Assembly (NCBI RefSeq): GCF_001194135.2
Contig: NC_068982.1
Location: forward strand, 68,757,862-68,805,761
Direction of reading: 5' to 3'
DNA length: 47,900 bases
From: Octopus bimaculoides
Taxonomy: Eukaryota
The translations under genes and the position numbers were made by a program. Under the pieces are notes generated by a model, which was given only the letters and a program-made list of their open reading frames with translations, was not told where the DNA came from and searched no databases. Below, one piece after another: positions 35,876-47,215 of this stretch. Numbering within the stretch: position 1 is the first letter of the stretch; each line of letters starts with the position of its first letter.

Positions 35876-36724
35876 GTTGATGGGTATGAGTACATAAATT
35901 CATTTAAAAGATACACAATCTTGAAACAGTCATGTTAACACAAGTGCATTCTGGGTAGCTGAGCATTGTGGATGGTTGCTGGGGTGCATCTTTTTAGTAT
36001 AGGCAGACTCTTTAACTGGATCAGTAATGAATGAATTAGTAATAGACAAAGCTACATGTACTTCAATCTAATAATACCATGTTATAATTCTTCTTGTTAC
36101 TCCATTAGTAAGTTAGCATGTATGTTACATTTTGCCTGTTGGCCACTGTTCTGTTCTTGTTTGTTAGTAGTATAGGCATTTCAATCCAGAATATATATTG
36201 GGAACCATCTAACAAACATTAAATGAGAGATAATGGTAGCCTGTTGGAGACATGAACCCTGTGAGATTGCTGGTTATTCTCTGCAGCAACACTATTGTGG
36301 TCATTACCATGGGGTGTGGCACCTCACTTGTTCTGGAATATGTGGCGCATTGCCCCCTCTGTCTTTTGCTGCTTTGCCTCTGCCTCATTTTGTCTTTTAA
36401 AAAATTTTTTTTTTACCTTTCTCATCTCTATTCTCTCCTGTTTCTTTGTATCTGTATGAATCTTTCAAATTTAACATTTACTTCAAATAAACAAATTGTA
36501 TTATATATAAAAAAAAGCAAAGAAATATTCAGTTACCTAACAACTTGACTAACTGTAATTCTGTGATTTTCATGTTGTTAGAATTTAAAAGTTGGAGTAA
36601 AATATTTAAAAATCAAGCTAATAAAAATTAAGAAATTCGGTGATGTCTAATATAATTTTTTTTAGTTATTAGTAATGGAAGCATTATTAGTTTAAAATAT
36701 CTCATAACAAAACATTATAAAACA

Positions 36725-36960
36725 ACATGTTAAGGTTATCTTTACAGATTTTTCTATAGACATTCCAGCCAGCACTGATTTGTTACATTGTTTTGTATCT
36801 GAATACATCTGATGTAAACAACAATTTTCCTATTTTACCTACTTTTCCATCTTTGATCACATTGTTGTTTACATAAGACATATTCAGATATGAAATGTTG
36901 TAACAAATCAGTGCTGGCTATAATTTCTATAGAAAATCTGTAGAGATAATCTCAACATGT
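36725..36960. mobile_element. Foldback MITE-like inverted repeat (about 100-nt arms, 35-nt loop)
   Basis: 36725-36825 pairs with 36861-36960, including a perfect agccagcactgatttgttaca core. Confidence 0.88.
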
Positions 36961-37539
36961 GATTTAATAGCACTGCTAACACAATAGAACACAGTATTAA
37001 CTTATAAAGCATTTATATACTTTGTAGTATATTATGGTTGCATAACTAAATATGGTGTCCTCAAAACGTAATTATAAAACAATTTTTCATTTATCATGTT
37101 TGATAGCATATAAAATTCACTTTTTATCACACCCAAAATATCTCAAAAAATTACTCCTGGTCTTATATGCAAAGTTGTACCTATATTATATGCTTTAATG
37201 AACAAAAAACCTTTTCCCTGAATATATGCTGCTGAAATTGGGGTGTATTTAACATACTCATGTGTTTTTTACACCATCAAACCTGGCAAGTTTTAAATTG
37301 TAAAATACTGAAAAATAACAAACTACCTGTAAGTATTGAAATTTCATTGTTTTAAACCGGAAAATACTGAAGTGTCTAGGTATATTGAGTTTCCTCTCGT
37401 TTGCTACCTTACTATTTATTTGTGTTGTGTCTGTGTGAGGCATAGTAATACCACTTACAGACTTATTTAGCTTATATTTTATTTCTGATGCTAAAACTTT
37501 GACTAATTCTGTTAACTGTTTTCTTCTGATACTTTACAG

Positions 37540-37639
37540 CAACCACTTAATTCATTGCCATGAGAAGCAGCTAGCTACAATGACAATGCTATGTAAGCAA
37601 GAGATGAAGCTCTTATTACAAGTAAAGGCTGGTCAGAAG
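37540..37639 (+). CDS. KIF24: C-terminal helical domain exon (NHLIHCHEKQLATMTMLCKQEMKLLLQVKAGQK)
   Basis: Acceptor actttacag and donor gtgagt. Phase matches the large exon (ca|c). Resembles the xHxxQLxxM...E..L C-terminal helix of KIF24 as I recall it. Confidence 0.82.
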
Positions 37640-37647
37640 GTGAGTAT

Positions 37648-38065
37648 AATCATTGTCATTTAATGTTCACTCTCCATGCTGGCATGGGTTAGAGAGTTTA
37701 ACTGGGGTTGATGAAGTGGAGAGCTGCACCAGGTTCCAATCTGATTTGGCATGGTTTCTACAGCTGGATGCCTTTCCTAATGCCAGTCACTCCAGGAGTG
37801 TTATGAGTGCTTTTACATACCACCAGCACAGGTGCCATTTCTATGACACTGGCAATGACCATGACTACAATTCATGTGTGGGTGCCATTTACATGGCACC
37901 GGCAGCAACTATGACAATTCATGGGTGCCATTTGCATGGCACCAGCAATGACCATGACTCAAGGGTGCTATTTACATGGCACTGCCAATGACCATGACTC
38001 CTGGGTGCCAATTTAAATGACACTGTCAATGACCAAGACTACAATGTACTGGTGCCATTTATATG
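37648..38065 (-). mobile_element. Older RTE 3'-UTR-type element with a 6-unit palindromic minisatellite
   Basis: Terminal region like other RTE tails. Units begin ggtgc(c/t) at 37831, 37881, 37924, 37964, 38004 and 38051. Confidence 0.75.
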
Positions 38066-38387
38066 GTCTTGGTGTTCACTGAACTTCCAATATAAAACTT
38101 ATTTTGTTTGTCCTCGTCTCTTACTATACATTTATACACGATGTTTGTGGACAAACAAAGTCCGCCGAGAGGACATAAAAAAGGGTCCCTACAATTACAT
38201 AATTTTTTACGGCCACCCTTAAGGTTATTTCCAACATCATTAACCGCCCTTACAAAGCAAACCTCTACCCAGTGAATTTACCAGTGCAAGAACAAAATTT
38301 AATGTAAGAGTTACCACTTTTGTTTGCATTACCATCACATATGTATAAATTATTTTCGCATCCTAACTGATGCATCTATCTATGTTT

Positions 38388-38438
38388 GCATTCTGAAGAG
38401 ATTTACTTAAACCAGTAAATTGAAATGATCGTAAATGC
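38388..38438 (+). ncRNA. Minimal type I hammerhead ribozyme (Penelope/retrozyme type)
   Basis: gcatt CTGAAGA gatttact-taaacc-agtaaatt GAAA t-gatc-g TA aatgc. Stem I 5 bp, stem II 8 bp, all core nucleotides, GUA cleavage triplet, palindromic loop III. Confidence 0.75.
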
Positions 38439-38692
38439 TACCTTCATCTCTGCTTCTTCCTTCTTTGTTATTTAATTAATTAAAGACATACCAGTGAAAA
38501 CCACAAGCTTCCCAATGTTTTTATATCCATCTTCTTCTCCTATATAACCTAAACTTTGGTTTACCAACCAAACCACCTGCTACCGTAAAACCTTACAAAA
38601 GACTGTACCTACCTATGTAATAACCAGGAGCAACTCAGGATTTAATTATCCCTTAGAAGTATTAAACCCCTTTAACTGATACCTACACAACA

Positions 38693-38737
<45 letters not shown>

Positions 38738-38907
38738 ATGTGTGTGTGTGTGTGTGTATGTTTATGTGTATATATATGTGTGTGTATATATATGTGTGTG
38801 TATATATATGTATATGTGTATATATATCTGTATGTATGTATATATGTATGTATATGTGTGTATATATATATATATATGTATACATACATACATATATATG
38901 TATGTGT

Positions 38908-39374
38908 ATCTACATATATAAATGGCAATTTCTGTCTGTCTTTCCATCTGTCTGTTACCATCTTAGTGCCTAAACCACCAAACTAATATTCACAAAAGTT
39001 TATATACATGTTACACTAACATCCAGTTCAAAAATAGGCTAATAGAATTTCAATAAAAATCTATAATGTACTCCCCAGAGGTGTTGGGTGAATTATATGA
39101 TAAAATGAGAAGGTTGCAAAAAGTATAAGTCTGAGGTAGTAGCAGAGGGAAAGGTAGTAACAGAGAGAGGGTGACTTATATCAGTGATGGTGAGAACAGT
39201 GGTGAGAATGGGATGGTAACATTAATAAAGCTGTCATATACACATGATACTGCATGCATACTTTCATAAGTACATAAACACAACACACATACACAGAAAG
39301 CTGGGTGTGAGGAATATGTAGCTTTAAGGAGATAGGTGGTAGGTGGCTTTTCTCCTATTCATTGCAAAGAAACA

Positions 39375-39423
<49 letters not shown>

Positions 39424-40396
39424 CTACATACATACATACGTCTACTATACACCGTTTTAAACTCTTGATTACCTGTGTGTACGTTTGTAAATTTGTGTGT
39501 GTGTGTGTGTGTGTGTAAGACATCCTATAACTATCTGTCTGTCTACTTTTGCAGGGTCTTCCCTGTTGCTGTCACATATTGTAAGATTTTAAAATTACGT
39601 CAAAATTTTCAAATTTGGTATATTGAAATAATTTTCCACATTAAATCTGATTTTGTTATTTATTTGTTCTTAACATCCAGTTGAATTATAGGTGAATTGG
39701 ATTTCAATAAAAATCTATAATGGGCCCCTGAAGGAGTGGGGGCTGTAGCACATGTTTACTAATCAGCTACGATAAGCGATAACACCAGCTACAATACATG
39801 GACTATTTGTCAATGTATTTGTAACTCTATCTATTTATCTAATTTATTTTACTTAGATGCATATTCGTTTGTTAAAATAATACAGGGACATTCCTTATTC
39901 ACCTACTAATCAAATTAATAGTTTGTAATACCTATTTTTAGCAATAAACTATTACCATAAACAATGGGTTGGACATAAAGAGGGGAACAGAACAGGAAAC
40001 GGAATAGGACATGGAACAGTGTAATGGTAAACGGGAACAGGGGATAACCCCTGCTTTCCTGGTACTTCCAGTCAGCTCATTTATTTTACTCAGATGCATA
40101 TTCGTTTGTTAAAATAATATAGGGACATTCCTTATTCACCCACTAATCATATTAATAGTTTGTAATAACTATTTTTAGCATTAAACTATTATCATAAAGA
40201 TTAATAAAATATCTAATGGCTTAATTACACGTAACTGATTCTAAAATTTATATATTGACATAAGATTGGGGATAGGAATGGGAGCAGAACTAAAATGGGA
40301 ACTGAACAGGTAATGGGGTAGTACATGAAACAGTGTAATGGGAATGGGAACTGGAAATAACCCCTGCTTTTCTGGGTATTACTGGGTAATTCAGCT

Positions 40397-40399
<3 letters not shown>
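38908..40399 (-). mobile_element. HINE/Helentron-like element or cluster with internal direct repeats
   Basis: Left end atctacatatataaatggcaatttctgtctgtc. Right end gggtattactgggtaattcagctagt resembles the reverse of the 29826 5' end. Repeats 39843-39960/40080-40198 and 39017/39671. Confidence 0.55.
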
Positions 40400-40451
<52 letters not shown>

Positions 40452-41429
40452 NNNNNNNNNNNNNNNNNNNNNNNNNNNNNNNNNNNNNNNNNNNNNNNNN
40501 NNNNNNNNNNNNNNNNNNNNNNNNNNNNNNNNNNNNNNNNNNNNNNNNNNNNNNNNNNNNNNNNNNNNNNNNNNNNNNNNNNNNNNNNNNNNNNNNNNNN
40601 NNNNNNNNNNNNNNNNNNNNNNNNNNNNNNNNNNNNNNNNNNNNNNNNNNNNNNNNNNNNNNNNNNNNNNNNNNNNNNNNNNNNNNNNNNNNNNNNNNNN
40701 NNNNNNNNNNNNNNNNNNNNNNNNNNNNNNNNNNNNNNNNNNNNNNNNNNNNNNNNNNNNNNNNNNNNNNNNNNNNNNNNNNNNNNNNNNNNNNNNNNNN
40801 NNNNNNNNNNNNNNNNNNNNNNNNNNNNNNNNNNNNNNNNNNNNNNNNNNNNNNNNNNNNNNNNNNNNNNNNNNNNNNNNNNNNNNNNNNNNNNNNNNNN
40901 NNNNNNNNNNNNNNNNNNNNNNNNNNNNNNNNNNNNNNNNNNNNNNNNNNNNNNNNNNNNNNNNNNNNNNNNNNNNNNNNNNNNNNNNNNNNNNNNNNNN
41001 NNNNNNNNNNNNNNNNNNNNNNNNNNNNNNNNNNNNNNNNNNNNNNNNNNNNNNNNNNNNNNNNNNNNNNNNNNNNNNNNNNNNNNNNNNNNNNNNNNNN
41101 NNNNNNNNNNNNNNNNNNNNNNNNNNNNNNNNNNNNNNNNNNNNNNNNNNNNNNNNNNNNNNNNNNNNNNNNNNNNNNNNNNNNNNNNNNNNNNNNNNNN
41201 NNNNNNNNNNNNNNNNNNNNNNNNNNNNNNNNNNNNNNNNNNNNNNNNNNNNNNNNNNNNNNNNNNNNNNNNNNNNNNNNNNNNNNNNNNNNNNNNNNNN
41301 NNNNNNNNNNNNNNNNNNNNNNNNNNNNNNNNNNNNNNNNNNNNNNNNNNNNNNNNNNNNNNNNNNNNNNNNNNNNNNNNNNNNNNNNNNNNNNNNNNNN
41401 NNNNNNNNNNNNNNNNNNNNNNNNNNNNN

Positions 41430-41665
41430 GGCACATAAAAGACACCATTTCGAGCGTGGCCGTTTTCGTGCGGGTGACACGTAAAAGCACCCACTACACT
41501 CTCTGAGTGGTTGGCGTTAGGAAGGGCATCCAGCTGTAGAAACTCTGCCAAATTAGATTGGAGCCTGGTGTTGCCATCCGGTTTCACCAGTCCTCAGTCA
41601 AATCGTCCAACCCATGCTAGCATGGAAAGCGGACGTTAAACGATGATGATGATGATGATGATGAT
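41430..41665 (+). mobile_element. Young RTE 3' UTR with (GAT)n tail after a gap
   Basis: Nearly identical to 15468-15698. Confidence 0.92.
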
Positions 41666-41686
41666 ATATATATATATACATACATT

Positions 41687-41760
41687 GGGCAGTTTAGTTT
41701 AAAGGTAAAGCACTTGACACATAATCACAGGGATGTGAGTTTGAGTCTCATGGTTGGCCA
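41687..41760 (+). pseudogene. tRNA-like (CAT anticodon) decayed sequence or SINE head, copy 1
   Basis: Partial cloverleaf. T-arm gtgag-tttgagt-ctcat with TTCGA changed to TTTGA. Confidence 0.5.
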
Positions 41761-41960
41761 CAGACAAATTTTTCTGTAATATATGGATAGTTTGTCCTGT
41801 TCATGCTATTATATTAGCATTATCCTGCATTTGAGAATAAATTATTTCTTTAACTGTATCTTTCAATACATCTCAACGCTTCTAAAGCAAACTGAATTTA
41901 ATGTTAGTGTTTTATAAAGCTAGATTTATAAATCCTAAAATTGCTGAACAATTTGTCACA

Positions 41961-42034
41961 GGGCAGTTTAGCTTAAAGGTAAAGCACTTGATGCATAATC
42001 ACAGGGATGTGAGTTTGAGTCTCATGGCTGGCTG
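41961..42034 (+). pseudogene. tRNA-like (CAT anticodon) decayed sequence or SINE head, copy 2
   Basis: Part of an about 165-bp direct duplication (41687-41851 and 41961-42125). Confidence 0.5.
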
Positions 42035-42136
42035 GTGACAAATTTTCCTGCAATGTACGGATAGTTTATCCTATTCATGCTATTATGTTAACATTATCCT
42101 ACATTTGAGAATAAATTATTTCCTTATGAATGTATG

Positions 42137-42171
<35 letters not shown>

Positions 42172-42191
42172 ATCCCTTTTGTTACTTTGCA

Positions 42192-42247
<56 letters not shown>

Positions 42248-43027
42248 CTACTATATAAATGTGAGTATATGTGGTTATGTATGTGTGTTTAACCATCAAA
42301 GGCTCTGAAATGGTGCACCCTTGAGAAAAATGAATTTGATTTTTGAAATCTACATCCCAAAGAGAAGGTTGTCTGTAAATAACAATAAAAAATATAATTT
42401 GCTACAAATTTAGATTAATTAGGTGTGGTGCATGTAGACAGGGAAGGAGTTTGTATAGGAATTGGGAATAGAGAGGAACAGGAGGAAAGTATATGCTTGT
42501 AGGGTGTGGGTTGATAGAATGGTATAGTGAAGAGATTTATTTTGGTTTGGTACTGAAATTTTGTTGTTGATTAGGGTTCTGTCAGGTGTGTGTGTGTTCA
42601 AAGTTAAGGGAGAAAATATGAACATGGAAGACAAAGTGAAAATAAGGTATTATCATTAATTTAAAGCTCAATGAAATAGTAATGAAGTGAAAGTATTCGT
42701 AGTATTTTGAGCTCAAAGTCTTCCTCTGAAAGTTAGAGTCTAAGACAGGTGATAAAGTGTAAAGGAATGTAAAGTAAATGATAGTAATGAACAAGAACAA
42801 AACGAACAAACTGTGTTGTTCCATGTCAAGTCATGTTGAAAATAGTGGCAGTTGAATGACCAGAAGTAACTAGGAAAGATTGAGGGTTCATACAGAAGCA
42901 AGAAGGTCATACAAATATAGTACAGTGTCTAGATTAATTATTTCTTGCAATGATGCCATGTTCTTTGATCAATCCTTGTCTATGTAATTATTACATTATG
43001 AACTTCATATATATATATCTATTTCAG

Positions 43028-43195
43028 AATTTCTCTGACTTCCTTCACAAAGTGAACCAGATTTTGACACAGAAATTGAAAGCAATCTCAACATTTCAGC
43101 AGGAAATATTTGTTCGTGGTGGCAAGAACATACTTTCTTCTGGCCAGAATGACAGAACTTCTATTTGGGATGGTGCAAGTGATCAGAGTAATTAA
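43028..43195 (+). CDS. KIF24: Terminal coding exon (NFSDFLHKVNQILTQKLKAISTFQQEI...SDQSN*)
   Basis: Acceptor atttcag ends at 43027, phase 0, TAA stop at 43193-43195. The F.DF...(L)..I...K...I pattern resembles the KIF24 C-terminus. Confidence 0.82.
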   Translation, partial: NFSDFLHKVNQILTQKLKAISTFQQEIFVRGGKNILSSGQNDRTSIWDGASDQSN

Positions 43196-43219
43196 CAGCT
43201 AAATAAGAACACTTCAAAA

Positions 43220-43225
43220 AATAAA
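43220..43225 (+). promoter_or_regulatory. Possible polyadenylation signal AATAAA
   Basis: First AATAAA, 25 nt after the stop. The region is AT-rich, so this could be chance. Confidence 0.3.
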
Positions 43226-43829
43226 AGAACAATGATCCTAAAAGTCTTCTAAAGAAGCTATTCATTAATTTCTTGGGTATCTACAGTCATCGAAAATTTG
43301 ATTTGGAAACGTTACCCACGTCATCCAGATTATTACTTAAGTGTATTAAAATGTGTTTTAAAGCTATGAAGTTGTTTATAACATTCACTTTGCCAAGTAA
43401 AATGGTGAACTGGCAGAATCGTTAGCATGTTAGATAAAATGCTTTGTGGCATTAATTCCAGCTCTTTACTTTCTGAGTTCAAATAAGTTTGACTCTGCAC
43501 TTCATCTGTTTGGTGGTGATAAAATAAGTGCCAGTCAAGTGCTGAGGTTGATGTAATTGCCTTGCTCCATTCCCTCAAAATTGCTGGCCTTGCACCAAAA
43601 TTTTAAACTATTTTTTTTTTTACCAATTTATGATACTTATAGAATTCATTTTGACAGGGACTTCAGGTTAACAGTTTGCATCAGGTTAAATCAGTTCCAG
43701 TGAAAACCAATTTTAATAATAAATTTGACTCTACTTTTTTATATTGAGTTTGTCTTCCCATTAGTAAATGTTCTGTTGTGATTCTTTAGGTTGCTTTAAA
43801 ATAATGACGATGTTCATTTAATATTATAT

Positions 43830-44919
43830 TATGAGGGTCTACCGAAAAAGTCATAGGGTGACTCAGGTACTCTCATGGAATATAACCAAATGAGGTTTAT
43901 TTTTTAACATTGTCTCTCTTGTGGTCAACACATTCCTTCCATCACTATTGCAATGCTTGGATCCCATTGTTGAAAAATCTCTCATCCTGTTGGTCAAAAA
44001 GTCATCATCAGCAGATGATGTCATCACTGCAATACTGGTTCCTGGTCAAGTGTTCTTTCATGCTGGGGTACAAATGATGGTCAGATGGAGCCAAATTGGG
44101 AGAATAGGGAGGGTGATCAACCAATTCAAAGCCACAATCATGCACAGCAACCATTGAAACCAAGCTTGCGTGCTAGAGTTTTGTCCTGATGAAGCAAGTT
44201 TTTCTGGGTGTTGGTCTTGATAACCTTTTGTAGCTGCCTTAGCAAGATGGGATAGTACTCTCCATTGATGGTGTGACTCTTTTGAAGATAGTTAATAAAC
44301 ATAATGCCTTTAGTAGCCCAAAAAACTGAGGCCATCACCTACCCTGCAGATGAAATGTCTTTGGCCTTCTTTGGTGCAGGTAAGTGAGGTTTATCACGGC
44401 ATGGATTGTCTCTTTGTCTTTGGCTCAAAGTGACGAAGTCAACACGCATCCTGGGTCAGGAAACGTTCAAGGAAACCAGCTGGATCTGCCTCAAACAATG
44501 TCAGATTCTTCCATGATATGATCAATCTGGTTTGCTTTTGATCAGGTGTTGGAAGACGTGGCATCCACAGAACAGAAGCGTGCATCATGCCAAGTTCATT
44601 GTGCAGAATATTTTCAACTTTTTCATGGAATATGCTAATAACATTGGCTATTTGATTTATAGTCACTCGCCTGTCGTTGTGGTGAACACAATGAATATTT
44701 TCCTTGGTGGTAGCAGTTGCAGGACGTCTAGATCTTGGGTCATCTTCAACACTTTTCAACACTTTTCTTTCTCCTAAACTCAGTTATCCACTTTTTCGCT
44801 GTCGATAAAGCTGGGGTGTCATCCCCTAATGTAATAATCATGTCAGTGTGAATGTTGGTGATGGATAAACTCTTTCTCTGCAGGTATTTGATAAGACTGT
44901 AATACCAAATATTGTCCAT
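43830..44919 (-). mobile_element. Near full-length decayed mariner transposon
   Basis: MDNIWYYSLIKYLQRK...ALSTAKKWITEFRR, VEDDPRSRRP, WMPRL, MASVFW..KG..INYLQK..TINGEYY and GIQALQ..WKECVD. TA plus TIR tgagggtctaccgaaaaag at 43830. The other TIR was not recognised. Confidence 0.88.
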
Positions 44920-45549
44920 TTTCAAGACAAGTAATCAATGACAAAATAAAAGCTTCCAGAAACAACGGAAAGTGTTTTCATAAGTCATTGAAAATATGAT
45001 ATTCAAAATATCATACAAACATGTTTACATACACACATATAGATATAACTACATACACATACATTCACACATAATTTGCATATATGTATACATTACATGG
45101 AAGTTAGTCATGTCTGTGTAGAGGAGTATTCGCCTTTTTGTGTAGTGATTGCAGAAACGCTTGCTGTAAATACAAGCTGGTAAAAAAATTGTTTTACTTG
45201 TTTGCAAAGATCCACATGTTTTAGAGGAGACCATATTAAAAAATGGAGTAGTAAAGTTAAACTGGTAAAAAACAAATGGTTTACTATTACATATTCGTGG
45301 CAAGACAGGAAACCATGATGTGCTATTACATATCAAAGAACTATCAAGGTTGATTCCTGTGGAGTTTTGAATTTAATCAAGATCTGCAACGGTTTTACAA
45401 AAAAAGAAAAGGCAGATCCATTGCCCAGTTACATGAAGAAGAAGAGCTACCAGGATATATCTCAAAATACAGTTCAGTGTAAAGTAACTGTGCCAGTAAG
45501 ATACATTCGTTGGCAATGTATTGCACATCCTAAATTTACATGCTTACAT

Positions 45550-45640
<91 letters not shown>

Positions 45641-46489
45641 CATACATACATATATACACATACATACATACATATATACATACATATTTATTTATATATA
45701 TATATACATACNNNNNNNNNNNNNNNNNNNNNNNNNNNNNNNNNNNNNNNNNNNNNNNNNNNNNNNNNNNNNNNNNNNNNNNNNNNNNNNNNNNNNNNNN
45801 NNNNNNNNNNNNNNNNNNNNNNNNNNNNNNNNNNNNNNNNNNNNNNNNNNNNNNNNNNNNNNNNNNNNNNNNNNNNNNNNNNNNNNNNNNNNNNNNNNNN
45901 NNNNNNNNNNNNNNNNNNNNNNNNNNNNNNNNNNNNNNNNNNNNNNNNNNNNNNNNNNNNNNNNNNNNNNNNNNNNNNNNNNNNNNNNNNNNNNNNNNNN
46001 NNNNNNNNNNNNNNNNNNNNNNNNNNNNNNNNNNNNNNNNNNNNNNNNNNNNNNNNNNNNNNNNNNNNNNNNNNNNNNNNNNNNNNNNNNNNNNNNNNNN
46101 NNNNNNNNNNNNNNNNNNNNNNNNNNNNNNNNNNNNNNNNNNNNNNNNNNNNNNNNNNNNNNNNNNNNNNNNNNNNNNNNNNNNNNNNNNNNNNNNNNNN
46201 NNNNNNNNNNNNNNNNNNNNNNNNNNNNNNNNNNNNNNNNNNNNNNNNNNNNNNNNNNNNNNNNNNNNNNNNNNNNNNNNNNNNNNNNNNNNNNNNNNNN
46301 NNNNNNNNNNNNNNNNNNNNNNNNNNNNNNNNNNNNNNNNNNNNNNNNNNNNNNNNNNNNNNNNNNNNNNNNNNNNNNNNNNNNNNNNNNNNNNNNNNNN
46401 NNNNNNNNNNNNNNNNNNNNNNNNNNNNNNNNNNNNNNNNNNNNNNNNNNNNNNNNNNNNNNNNNNNNNNNNNNNNNNNNNNNNNNNNN

Positions 46490-46527
<38 letters not shown>

Positions 46528-46916
46528 GGAGAGTGAAGATACTAGTCTAAGGTATGGCGCCCTGTGACCGAATTTAAGACCATTGTATGATGTGCGTTAA
46601 ATGTAGACTACAATTAACATACAACGTACATACGTCACAACTGCAAATCCAATGACATAGGTAGAACACTTACACTCCAAAGGTCTGCCAGAAAAATCTG
46701 TATAAATACAAAGTACCGACTACAATAAGGTGAGCATACAATCTAACACCACTCAACATCCCAAAATGGGGCTAAGATAGCCTGGAAACGTTGATAAAGA
46801 TTAATTTAGAAAATGCATAACTCTAAACAAATTGTAAGAATCTGGCACGCAGATATGAGAAACAGTAAAAAAAAAATTGATCAAATTATAACAATGTCGT
46901 GTTTCCAATATATAAC

Positions 46917-47215
46917 TGGCACTCTGTCGGTTATGACGACAAGGGTTCCAGTTGATCCGATCAACAAAATAGCCTGCTCATGAAATTAATGTGAATGTGG
47001 CTGAGCACTCCACGTTCTTAACATAGTCCTCAGGGATATTCAGCATGACACAGAGTGTGACAATGCTGGCTCTTTGAAATACAGGCACTACTCATTTTCG
47101 CCAGTTGAGTGGAGTAAAGTGTCTTGCACAACGACACAACGTGTTGCCAGAAATTGAACCCCCGACCTTACGATCGTGAGCCAAATACCCTAACCACTAA
47201 ACCATGTGCCTTCAC
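46917..47215 (-). mobile_element. Chimeric SINE: CORE-like head with the family A 3' tail
   Basis: Head gtgaaggcacatggtttagtggttaggg, then gtgcaagacacttt...aaaatgagta, then the family A tail gttgatcggatcaactggaaccc...gagtgcca. Confidence 0.75.

Noticed and set aside
37831-38065. CRISPR-like look (palindromic repeats with spacers)
   Set aside because: Eukaryotic intron, no cas genes, spacers are mutually similar, and the array lies within a LINE 3' UTR. It is a minisatellite.
42690-42740. Minus-strand cagaggaagactttgagctcaaa...gaatac as a decayed hammerhead
   Set aside because: The core needs at least two substitutions and stem II has no loop. Too degenerate to support.
46549-46900. Another HINE starting atactagtctaagg
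   Set aside because: Only the tactag start resembles the others. No matching 3' terminus was recognised.
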